This document shows positions 40,208 through 47,032 of a stretch of DNA of 47,032 nt, piece by piece. Under the pieces are notes generated by a model. The model searched no databases. It was not told the DNA's origin and saw nothing but the letters and a program-made list of their open reading frames with translations. This stretch comes from a virus, in IMG/VR virus record IMGVR_UViG_3300020121_000217, positions 1 through 47,032 of that record; one strand, written 5' to 3'. The position numbers were made by a program, and so were the translations under genes. Positions within the stretch are counted from its first letter, which is position 1, and every line of letters begins with the position of its first letter.

Positions 40208-42811
40208 TTAGCGGAAGCCGGCGAGGGCGTCGTCGACGCTGCCGCCGTACGGGCCGCGGATGACGGGACGCAGGAGCGCCAGGAGCATCTCGGCGACCTG
40301 GTCGCCGGGGGCTGCCCGGAATTCGACGACGGTGCGCTGCGGTCCGCCGGCGGCCCGGCCGGATCCGGACAGCGGGGTGACCATCTCGTCGCGGCCGGCT
40401 TCGCCGAGGACGGCGAGGGTGCCGCCGGGCCGGGCGTGGACGATGCCGCCGGCGGCGAGGTGCGGGATCTTCGGCAGCTTCGGCAGGTTCACGCCGGGCA
40501 GGCTGTTGGCCTTGGTGATGATGCTGTCGATGCCGCCGATGGCGCCGTTGACCAGGTCGATGATCGTGTTGATCGCGCTTTTGACGAATCCGACCGCGGC
40601 GGAGAAGGCGCCGGAGATGAAGCCGCCGACCGCGCCGAACACCGATTTGAAGGTGGATCCGACGGCGGAGACGCCTTTCTTGATGCCGTTCCAGGCCGGG
40701 TCGAGGATGTTGTGCCACACCCACAGGGCCGCGGCCGCGATACCGTGGACGGCGGGTTCGACCGCGGTGTGCCACAGCCACGCGAATCCGGCACCGACAT
40801 CCTTGATGATCTTGATTTCGAGGAATCCGATCGGCAGGATCACGCTGTGGTACAGCCACGAGATGGCGGCGCCGATGAGGTTCCAGACCGGCATCACGAT
40901 GTCGTGGTAGATCCACATGAACCAGCCGCCGAGGAGTTTCAGGCCTGATATGACCAGGTCGAAGGTCGGCTTCAGGATTGTGTTCCACAGCCACAGGCCG
41001 GCGGCGGCGAACGCGTCGAACACGGGTCTGATGACCGTCACCCATACGGCCTGGATCGCCATGCCGACGAGGTCGCGCCACAGGTTCGCGAGCGATGTGA
41101 GGATCCGCATCACGAACTTGACGCTGGCGACGGTTGCCCGCCACAGCGGGTCGAGGATGTTGTGCCACAGCCACAGGGCCGGCGCCGCGATGTCGTGCCA
41201 GGCCTGGACGAAGAAGTCGACGAACGGGCCGGCGAACCAGGCACCGACCGCTTTCAGGAAGCCCCAGATCGCGAGGCCCCAGGAGCGGATGTGCTGCCAG
41301 GCCGCGACGAAGAATCCGGCGAACGGGCCGGCGAACCAGGCACCGACGGTCTTGAGGAATCCCCATATGTCGTGCCACATGCCGATGAAGAAGTTCCGGA
41401 ATCCGGCGCTGTGGGTCCACAGGTAGTAGATGCCGGCGGCGAGTGCCGCGACCGCGATGACGATCAGGCCGATCGGGTTGGCGTCCATGGCCGCGTCGAG
41501 GAGTGTCTGCAGGCCGAGCCAGATCTTCATCGGCAGCTCGATCGCGAGGACCGTCAGTTTGTACAGCTCGAACGCGGCGACGATCAGGCCGACCGCGATC
41601 GCGACGTCCTTGACGACGGTTTTGTTCTTGGCGAGCCAGCCGACGAACTGCATCGTCACGTCGAGGGCCTTCGTCGCGTACGGCAGCAGGACCTGGCCGA
41701 GTTTGATCCCGTAGGCCTCGATGAGGCCCTTGCCCTCGGCGAGTTTCTGGTTGAACGACTTCTGTACCAGCGACCAGCCCTCGATCTGGCTGCCGCCGTC
41801 CTTGACGTGTTTGGCGACCGCGGCCGTGTTCGCCTGGAACGTCTTCATGTTCGAGCCGGTGAGTTCCAGGGCGCCCTGCATCGACTTGGTGCCGCCGACC
41901 ATCGTCGCCAGGGCGCCGACGTAGGTCTGCTGGGTCGGGTTCAGGTTGGCGAGGACTTTCTGGAACGCGGTCGTGTTCTTCGACGCCGACTGCAGCTTGT
42001 CGATCAGGACGGTGCCGGCCGGGCCCATCTTCGCCGTGATCGCGGTGGTGAGCATCGTCAGCGTGGACGCGAGACCGTTCTTCCCGAGGTTCTGCGCCAC
42101 CGTGATCGCGTTGAGGCCGAGTGATTTCATTTCGTCGGTCGCCTTCGCCGACGGGTTTTCCAGCATGGCGATCGTCTGCCGCAGGTATGTGGCCGCCTGG
42201 GCGGCCGGGGTGCCTTCGGCGGTCATCGTCGACATGGCGCCCAGGACCTCGTTGAGGCCGACGTGCGCGGCCGCGGCGGTCGGCAGGACGGTGGCCAGAG
42301 ACCCGGCGAGGGCTTCCATGTTCGTCTTGCCCTGGGCCTCGGCGCCGATGAGCGCGTTTGTGACCTGGACGGCTTTGCTCGCGGACAGGTGGTAGGCGTT
42401 GAGGCCGGTGGTGACGGCGTCGCCGACGGTGGCGAGCTCGGCGTTGCCGACCTTCGCACCCTCGGCCGCGTTTTTCAGGACCGTCAGCGCCTCGGCGCCG
42501 TGGTAGCCGGCCGACTCGACCGTGTACAGGGCCGATGTCAGCGACGTCGTCGACTGCCCCACCAGGCCGGCCATGGACAGCACACCGTTGCCGACCATCT
42601 TCATGTTGCCGCTGAACTCGCCGGCACCGGTCTGTACCCGGTTCATCTGGGTCTGGAAGTTCGCGGCCATCATGGTGGCTTTGGCCCCGATGGCCAGGAA
42701 CGCCGCCGACGCGACCAGGCCGACCTTCGTCAGCTTCGACCCGAACGAGCCGAGGGCACCTCCGGAGCGGTCGATGGCCAGGATCGAATACAGAACGGAG
42801 GTGTCGGACAC
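40208..42811 (-). CDS. Tape measure protein (867 aa)
   Basis: GTG 42811 after a GGGGG RBS. Length, position after the chaperones, and Trp/Phe-periodic repeats. Confidence 0.9.
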   Translation of the reverse strand: MSDTSVLYSILAIDRSGGALGSFGSKLTKVGLVASAAFLAIGAKATMMAANFQTQMNRVQTGAGEFSGNMKMVGNGVLSMAGLVGQSTTSLTSALYTVESAGYHGAEALTVLKNAAEGAKVGNAELATVGDAVTTGLNAYHLSASKAVQVTNALIGAEAQGKTNMEALAGSLATVLPTAAAAHVGLNEVLGAMSTMTAEGTPAAQAATYLRQTIAMLENPSAKATDEMKSLGLNAITVAQNLGKNGLASTLTMLTTAITAKMGPAGTVLIDKLQSASKNTTAFQKVLANLNPTQQTYVGALATMVGGTKSMQGALELTGSNMKTFQANTAAVAKHVKDGGSQIEGWSLVQKSFNQKLAEGKGLIEAYGIKLGQVLLPYATKALDVTMQFVGWLAKNKTVVKDVAIAVGLIVAAFELYKLTVLAIELPMKIWLGLQTLLDAAMDANPIGLIVIAVAALAAGIYYLWTHSAGFRNFFIGMWHDIWGFLKTVGAWFAGPFAGFFVAAWQHIRSWGLAIWGFLKAVGAWFAGPFVDFFVQAWHDIAAPALWLWHNILDPLWRATVASVKFVMRILTSLANLWRDLVGMAIQAVWVTVIRPVFDAFAAAGLWLWNTILKPTFDLVISGLKLLGGWFMWIYHDIVMPVWNLIGAAISWLYHSVILPIGFLEIKIIKDVGAGFAWLWHTAVEPAVHGIAAAALWVWHNILDPAWNGIKKGVSAVGSTFKSVFGAVGGFISGAFSAAVGFVKSAINTIIDLVNGAIGGIDSIITKANSLPGVNLPKLPKIPHLAAGGIVHARPGGTLAVLGEAGRDEMVTPLSGSGRAAGGPQRTVVEFRAAPGDQVAEMLLALLRPVIRGPYGGSVDDALAGFR
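41207..41404. repeat. 99-nt (33-codon) tandem duplication inside the tape measure gene
   Basis: GACGAAGAA..GAACGGGCCGGCGAACCAGGCACCGAC occurs at 41207 and 41306. The peptide WGFLK(T/A)VGAWFAGPF occurs twice. Confidence 0.8.
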
Positions 42812-42830
42812 GCGGCACCCCCGTCTCTAT

Positions 42831-43411
42831 TCAGGATTTTTCGTTGGCCTGCCGGTCGAATTCGGCGATCGCCGCATAGAACTGGGCCGAGGTCAGGTCA
42901 CCGATCTCCCACGGCCGAATGTGGAGCTGGGCGGCGAAGTTCATCCAGTGCCGGTCGGCGAGCTCCTGCGCGGTCGGATCTCTTTTCCCTCCACCAGCTC
43001 GCCGGCGACGACACCGGGATCCGGCGACAGGCCCTCACGCTCGCGGGCCTCGGCGACCTGCGCGGCGAACACCGCCTCGAACTGGCCGCGAAGGTGCTCC
43101 GGCACCGCGGCCACGGCCTCGTCGTGCATATCGGCGAGTTCCGTCGACGTCTGCTCGACCACGAGTTCCTCCTGATAGAAGTCAGGGGTATCGCGGAACG
43201 CGAGCTTCGGATGCACCTGGGTCAGCAGGTACCACAGCAGGACCCGGCGGGCCCGGGCCTCGTCCTTGAGCACCGCGACATAGAAGTCGGCCCAGGGGGC
43301 GTGGTACTGCTCCTCCAGCGCCGTCTGCTGCGACACCCGCAGACGCTTCGGGTTGAAATCCCACGTCTGCTTGTCGGCCGGGTTGTCCTCGGGCGTATAG
43401 GTGACGATCAT
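42831..43411 (-). CDS. Tail assembly chaperone, -1 frameshift (GT-like) product, predicted 193 aa
   Basis: After a slip at G GGA AAA, the -1 frame reads RDPTAQELADRHWMNFAAQLHIRPWEIGDLTSAQFYAAIAEFDRQANEKS and stops 19 nt before the TMP start. Confidence 0.7.
42941..43411 (-). CDS. Tail assembly chaperone (G-like, 156 aa)
   Basis: ORF-track ORF immediately upstream of the tape measure. Confidence 0.75.
   Translation of the reverse strand: MIVTYTPEDNPADKQTWDFNPKRLRVSQQTALEEQYHAPWADFYVAVLKDEARARRVLLWYLLTQVHPKLAFRDTPDFYQEELVVEQTSTELADMHDEAVAAVPEHLRGQFEAVFAAQVAEAREREGLSPDPGVVAGELVEGKEIRPRRSSPTGTG
42983..42989 (-). other. -1 programmed ribosomal frameshift slippery heptamer G GGA AAA
   Basis: Minus strand reads GAG GGA AAA GAG in the zero frame. 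Confidence 0.7.
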
Positions 43412-43476
43412 CGGTTCTCCTCAGGGAGGATCAGGGAGACCCGGCGGCACGCTCCCTGACGCACCGCCGGGCGTTT

Positions 43477-43989
43477 CTATGGGTGCCCGCGCAGGAACTG
43501 GCGGGCAGTCAGGCGCCGGCTCATCTTCGACAGGGCCTCGAGGACCGCGGCCCGGTAGCGTTCGCGGCCCTCGGCGAGGGTGTCCTCGAAGTAGCCGGGG
43601 ATAGGGCTTTGCTGCTCGACCCACACGTCGTGGCCGAACACCGGATGCCGCCACGAGCCGCGGTCGAGGCGCCGGGACGCGAACGCGAAACCGCGCAGCC
43701 TCGGCGTCTTCGCGATCCGGATCGCGACACCGGTTTTGCGGCCGCTGAAGCGGACCTGCGGCTTCACCCGGGCGGCGAGATACGTGCCCATGGCGGGGCT
43801 CGGCTCGGCGGCCGAAGTGTGCGGGATGGACCGCAGACGGCCCTGGACTGCCGAGACACCGGGCTCGACGGCGACGCGGAGGTTGGCGGCGAGGTCCTTG
43901 CGCAGCGCTGCGCCGTCGGATTCCTTGCGCATCAGGCGGGCGAGGGCCTGCAGTTCCCGCCCGTCACCGGTGATCTCGACTACGGCCAT
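43477..43989 (-). CDS. Neck/tail-completion protein, HK97 gp10-like pattern (170 aa)
   Basis: ORF-track ORF. Resembles gp10-family proteins from memory only. Unusual position after the tail tube genes. Confidence 0.45.
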   Translation of the reverse strand: MAVVEITGDGRELQALARLMRKESDGAALRKDLAANLRVAVEPGVSAVQGRLRSIPHTSAAEPSPAMGTYLAARVKPQVRFSGRKTGVAIRIAKTPRLRGFAFASRRLDRGSWRHPVFGHDVWVEQQSPIPGYFEDTLAEGRERYRAAVLEALSKMSRRLTARQFLRGHP

Positions 43990-44405
43990 CAGGACGTGCC
44001 GCGGGTCGTCGCCCCCGAGGTCGGGAAGCTCGATGACGCCTCGGCGAGTTTGCCGACGTCACCGCCGACACCCGTCCATTTATTGATCAGGATGCTGCCG
44101 GTGAATTTCGGGTTCGCGGTCGTGACCGATCCGGCGACGGGCTGGATCTGGAACGCGACGACCGTGCCGCGCAGCGGCCACATGATCGCGTCGAGACCGG
44201 TCGCCGCGGTGTAGTCGTTGATCCAGTCGATGTCGATCGAGCCGTCCTCGAGGCCACCGACACGGGTGTGGGCCGTCTGCCCGAACGTCGTCGTGTCGAG
44301 ATCCTCGTACTCGGTGTTGATCGTGATCTTTTTCGCGAAGGCCGACAGGTCAGTCGAGTTGATGAAGATGTAGGCGTTCTTCAGGACGGTGGGTACCAGA
44401 GCCAT
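43989..44405 (-). CDS. Tail-tube paralogue (138 aa), homologous to residues 1-135 of the 247-aa major tail protein
   Basis: Aligned by eye: LK-A-I...FA-KI...EYEDLD-TTFG...GL...GGD(I/V)GKL. GAGGAGG RBS. Confidence 0.65.
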   Translation of the reverse strand: MALVPTVLKNAYIFINSTDLSAFAKKITINTEYEDLDTTTFGQTAHTRVGGLEDGSIDIDWINDYTAATGLDAIMWPLRGTVVAFQIQPVAGSVTTANPKFTGSILINKWTGVGGDVGKLAEASSSFPTSGATTRGTS

Positions 44406-44425
44406 GGAGCCCTCCTCGGGGCATG

Positions 44426-44446
44426 AAAAAACCGCCCCTCAGGCGG
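44426..44446 (-). terminator. Intrinsic terminator after the major tail gene (CCGCC-TGAGG-GGCGG + T6 on the minus strand)
   Basis: Read directly; short 5-bp GC stem. Confidence 0.5.
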
Positions 44447-44479
44447 CCTGGTCAACGGTTGCTGAACTGCTGTTACGTG

Positions 44480-45223
44480 CTATGCGACCCCGGCGGATAC
44501 CGCGAACAGGAACGACGGCGTCGACCCGGTGATCGTGTAGACCACCCGCCACCACGTGTCCGTGACCGCGCCGGCCACCGACTTGCACTCGGCGGTCAGA
44601 CCGGTCGCGGCCGTGAACGTGACCCGATCAGTCGGAGACCCGAACGTGTTGTCCACGCTCGACTGGAGTTTCACGGTCAGCGACTGGGCGCCGGCACCGA
44701 CGGAGAACACGTGCAGGTTCGCGTACAGGGACTGGGCTGCGAGGATCGCGCCGACCTGAACGCCGGTGCCGTTGCCCGTCGCCGTCCGGGCGGTGCCCTG
44801 CGGATGCAGGATCGCCCCGCGCGCCAGCGGCTGGTTCCCCGACCACGTCACATCGGCGGCCAGGAGCTTCCCGATGTCGCCGCCGGGCTTCCACGACGGC
44901 TGGAACACCTTCGTCAGGTAGGCGACCGAGCCGACCGTGCCCGCGGTCGGGCACACCGTCAGCGGCTGCGTATTCGCCCCGAGGTTCGCCCAGAACACGT
45001 CATCGGGATACGACAGGTCACCGGCCTGCCAGAAGATCGTCGCACCAGCCGCCATGTCCGCGAGGCCGGAGACACGCTCGCGGGCGCCGCCGGACCCGAA
45101 TGTCGTCTTGTCGAGGTCCTCGTACTCATCGTCGAGGCTGATCTTGTTAGCGAAGCCGGTGGCGTCGAGGGTCGCGTAGTAGATCCTGGCGTCCTTCAGT
45201 GCCAGCGGTGCCAGCGTCGTCAT
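44480..45223 (-). CDS. Major tail (tube) protein with ~110-aa C-terminal extension (247 aa)
   Basis: Position, size and the terminator after it; a paralogue lies downstream. Confidence 0.7.
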   Translation of the reverse strand: MTTLAPLALKDARIYYATLDATGFANKISLDDEYEDLDKTTFGSGGARERVSGLADMAAGATIFWQAGDLSYPDDVFWANLGANTQPLTVCPTAGTVGSVAYLTKVFQPSWKPGGDIGKLLAADVTWSGNQPLARGAILHPQGTARTATGNGTGVQVGAILAAQSLYANLHVFSVGAGAQSLTVKLQSSVDNTFGSPTDRVTFTAATGLTAECKSVAGAVTDTWWRVVYTITGSTPSFLFAVSAGVA

Positions 45224-45399
45224 GACTCATCTCCGGGTTCTTCGTCGTCGGCCGGCTCATCGGCGTCCACAAAGGCCGCCGGGTAGGTCTGGACGAGCAG
45301 ATCGCCGGCGTCGAACACGTCGTCCGGGTCCGGCATGACCGCCATTCCCGACTGCGGATGCACCATGGATTTGCCGGATCGGAACCGGTAGACGGTCAT
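45220..45399 (-). CDS. Small acidic protein (59 aa)
   Basis: ATG 45399 overlaps the upstream stop by 1 nt. C-terminal part of ORF 45220-46125. Confidence 0.45.
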   Translation of the reverse strand: MTVYRFRSGKSMVHPQSGMAVMPDPDDVFDAGDLLVQTYPAAFVDADEPADDEEPGDES

Positions 45400-45800
45400 C
45401 AGGCCCACACCCTCACGTCGAACATCGCACCCATGTAGTCGCTCCCTCCGACCGTGTAGAGCCGGTACGCGCCACGGACCCGTTCGACGATGATGTCGCC
45501 GCAGACGCCACCGAGGGTCTTGTTCGCCTCCAGCGCCGCCGGGATCGACGACGACCCCGACTCGGCCATATAGCCAGCGAGCAGGACACGTCCGGCATCG
45601 GTATAGCCGGCGGACACGTACGCGCCGCAGGTGAACAGCTGATTGGTGAGGCCCCGGAATGCCTGGTGGTATTCGATGCCCAGGTCGACCGGGGCGAACG
45701 TCGGCGGGTTGATCGAGTCCGGCAGTGTCGGGAAGCACCGAAGCCCCGTGATCGCGGCTGCCGCGTTCGCGAGGCCCTGCTCGATCGCCTGGACGTCCAT
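45399..45800 (-). CDS. Neck / head-tail joining protein (133 aa)
   Basis: Sits directly after the connector, with abutting stop and start. Confidence 0.5.
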   Translation of the reverse strand: MDVQAIEQGLANAAAAITGLRCFPTLPDSINPPTFAPVDLGIEYHQAFRGLTNQLFTCGAYVSAGYTDAGRVLLAGYMAESGSSSIPAALEANKTLGGVCGDIIVERVRGAYRLYTVGGSDYMGAMFDVRVWA

Positions 45801-46379
45801 CTACTTCACGTCCTTGACGTAGCGGTTGATCAGCCAGTCGTAGTCCGGGTCGTACCGGGACACGTACACCTGGCCGAGATCCGTGGACCCCTTCACACCC
45901 TCCGGGGAGTCCTTGCGCCGGAACAGCCGCGCGGCAACCAGCAGCGTCGCCGCCTTGATGTTGTCGGGCACCGCCGGCCACCCGAACGTCGCCGTCACCC
46001 GCACCTGGTGGATGCCCCACAGCGGCCAGAAACCGTTGATCCTTTTGATCGCCTCGATCGCCCGGCCGTCCGCTACCGCGTTCGGCGGCAGCAGATCGTA
46101 GGAGTTCGAGTCGACCGTCGACCATCCGGTGCCGCGGCCGATCTCGACAACCAGCGCGGTCGCGGTGGCGATGTCGTCGACGAGGAGCAGCGTTTCGTGG
46201 TCGGGGGTGTAGATCCGCTGGGACGTGGACACGTCCAGGCCGTAACCCCGGATCCGTCCGGTGTCCCCGTCGACCCGGCGGGACGCCGCGGTCAGCTTCG
46301 CCGACAGCTCCGTGTCGTCGGTGGAGTTCGTGATCCGCAAGTGCGTCTTCAGCTCGGTCAGGGTCGCGTAGTCGGTCAT
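45801..46379 (-). CDS. Head-tail connector (gp6-like adaptor) protein (192 aa)
   Basis: TLTELKTHLRITNSTDDTELSAKLTAASRRVDGDTGR is the typical N-terminal signature. Confidence 0.75.
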   Translation of the reverse strand: MTDYATLTELKTHLRITNSTDDTELSAKLTAASRRVDGDTGRIRGYGLDVSTSQRIYTPDHETLLLVDDIATATALVVEIGRGTGWSTVDSNSYDLLPPNAVADGRAIEAIKRINGFWPLWGIHQVRVTATFGWPAVPDNIKAATLLVAARLFRRKDSPEGVKGSTDLGQVYVSRYDPDYDWLINRYVKDVK

Positions 46380-46388
46380 GGCGGCCGC

Positions 46389-47032
46389 CTATCCGAGTGC
46401 CCGTTTGATGCCCGCGGCCAGGTCGACCGTCGGCGTGTAGCAGCGCAGCATCGACGTCGGGTCACCGACCCGGTACGGGACGCCGACGCCGGGTCCCTTA
46501 TCCAGGAAGTTGAACCTGCGCGGAATCCCGGCCGGGTCGCACATCATGCAGGCAAGATCGAACATCGACGTGCCGACGCCGGTGCACAGGCTGACCGCTT
46601 CCTCGGTACCGGACTCGACAACCGCCAGCGCGCCGGCGACCACGTCATCGACGTGGATCCAGTCGCGGACCTGGTTACCGTCGCCCCAGATCTCGAACAA
46701 CTCGACATCGTCCGAGTTCATCGCCGTGACATATGCCTCGCGGATACGCCGGGCCCTGGCGGCGAAGGCGCCGAACGGCCAGTCAGTGCCCTGATCCTCG
46801 CCGTATCCGGAGTACGGCCGCACGACCGTCACCGGCACGCCGGCGGCGCGCGCGTTCGCGGCCAGCCGCTCACCGGTCAGCTTCGTCGCCGCATAGTCAT
46901 CGACCAGGCCGTCGAGGGCCGCGCACGACGACAGGTACAACACCCGGCGCTGACCGGTCCGGATCGCCCAGTCGTACATCGCCGCGTCGAGCATCGCGTT
47001 GTACGGGTGCATACCCGGGTCGCCGTCGATCG
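46389..47032 (-). CDS. NAD-dependent epimerase/dehydratase, C-terminal part (continues from 1-335 across the junction)
   Basis: YAATK (YxxxK) catalytic motif. ORF-track ORF 46389-47012 starts at an internal Met. Confidence 0.8.
   Translation of the reverse strand, partial: IDGDPGMHPYNAMLDAAMYDWAIRTGQRRVLYLSSCAALDGLVDDYAATKLTGERLAANARAAGVPVTVVRPYSGYGEDQGTDWPFGAFAARARRIREAYVTAMNSDDVELFEIWGDGNQVRDWIHVDDVVAGALAVVESGTEEAVSLCTGVGTSMFDLACMMCDPAGIPRRFNFLDKGPGVGVPYRVGDPTSMLRCYTPTVDLAAGIKRALG
46906..47032. repeat. Contig-end overlap, second copy (identical to 1-127)
   Basis: See feature 1-127. Confidence 0.95.

Larger units (their letters stand above)
1..47032. mobile_element. Complete circular genome (excised/replicative form) of a temperate siphovirus-like actinobacteriophage with integrase, attP and an AICE-like module
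   Basis: HK97-type head genes, tape measure and lysis genes, tyrosine integrase plus tRNA-derived attP, and identical 127-bp contig ends. Confidence 0.85.

Overview
This window is high-GC actinobacterial DNA. Bases 1-127 are identical to 46906-47032, so it is one closed circle of 46,905 unique bp. I read it as the circular form of a temperate siphovirus-like actinophage.

Gene layout:
- Most genes lie on the minus strand in two long operons, with stop/start overlaps (ATGA, GTGA, TGATG) at most junctions.
- The early operon (22873 down to 10512) starts with an excisionase-like HTH. It includes a LuxR-type regulator and an initiator-like gene that carries an iteron array.
- The late operon (10388 down through the junction to 33787) holds, in order: HNH, TerS, TerL, portal, HK97-type protease, major capsid, a sugar-modification cassette, connector/neck, tail tube, chaperones with a G GGA AAA -1 frameshift, tape measure, minor tail proteins and a lysis cassette.
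- The remaining arm (22.9-33.7 kb) holds a tyrosine integrase, an attP built on the 3' part of a tRNA-Thr(CGU) gene, a GntR/DUF397/XRE-TPR regulator cluster, an operon of the type found in actinomycete integrative and conjugative elements (AICEs; DUF2637-like protein plus FtsK/SpoIIIE ATPase plus small membrane proteins), and a low-GC island with a 38-bp perfect palindrome.

Most interesting observations:
- A full virion module and an AICE-like DNA-transfer module sit on one replicon.
- A glycosyltransferase/methyltransferase/epimerase cassette is embedded in the head genes.
- An in-frame 12-nt minisatellite encodes (x-A-A-T)15.
- An iteron/palindrome array lies inside the initiator-like gene.

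Limits: all function calls come from motifs and synteny read by eye. No database search was run. Start codons are provisional. The ORF track prints M for GTG/TTG starts. Many long Arg/Pro/Gly-rich ORFs in that track are off-frame artefacts of the high GC content and are not reported.
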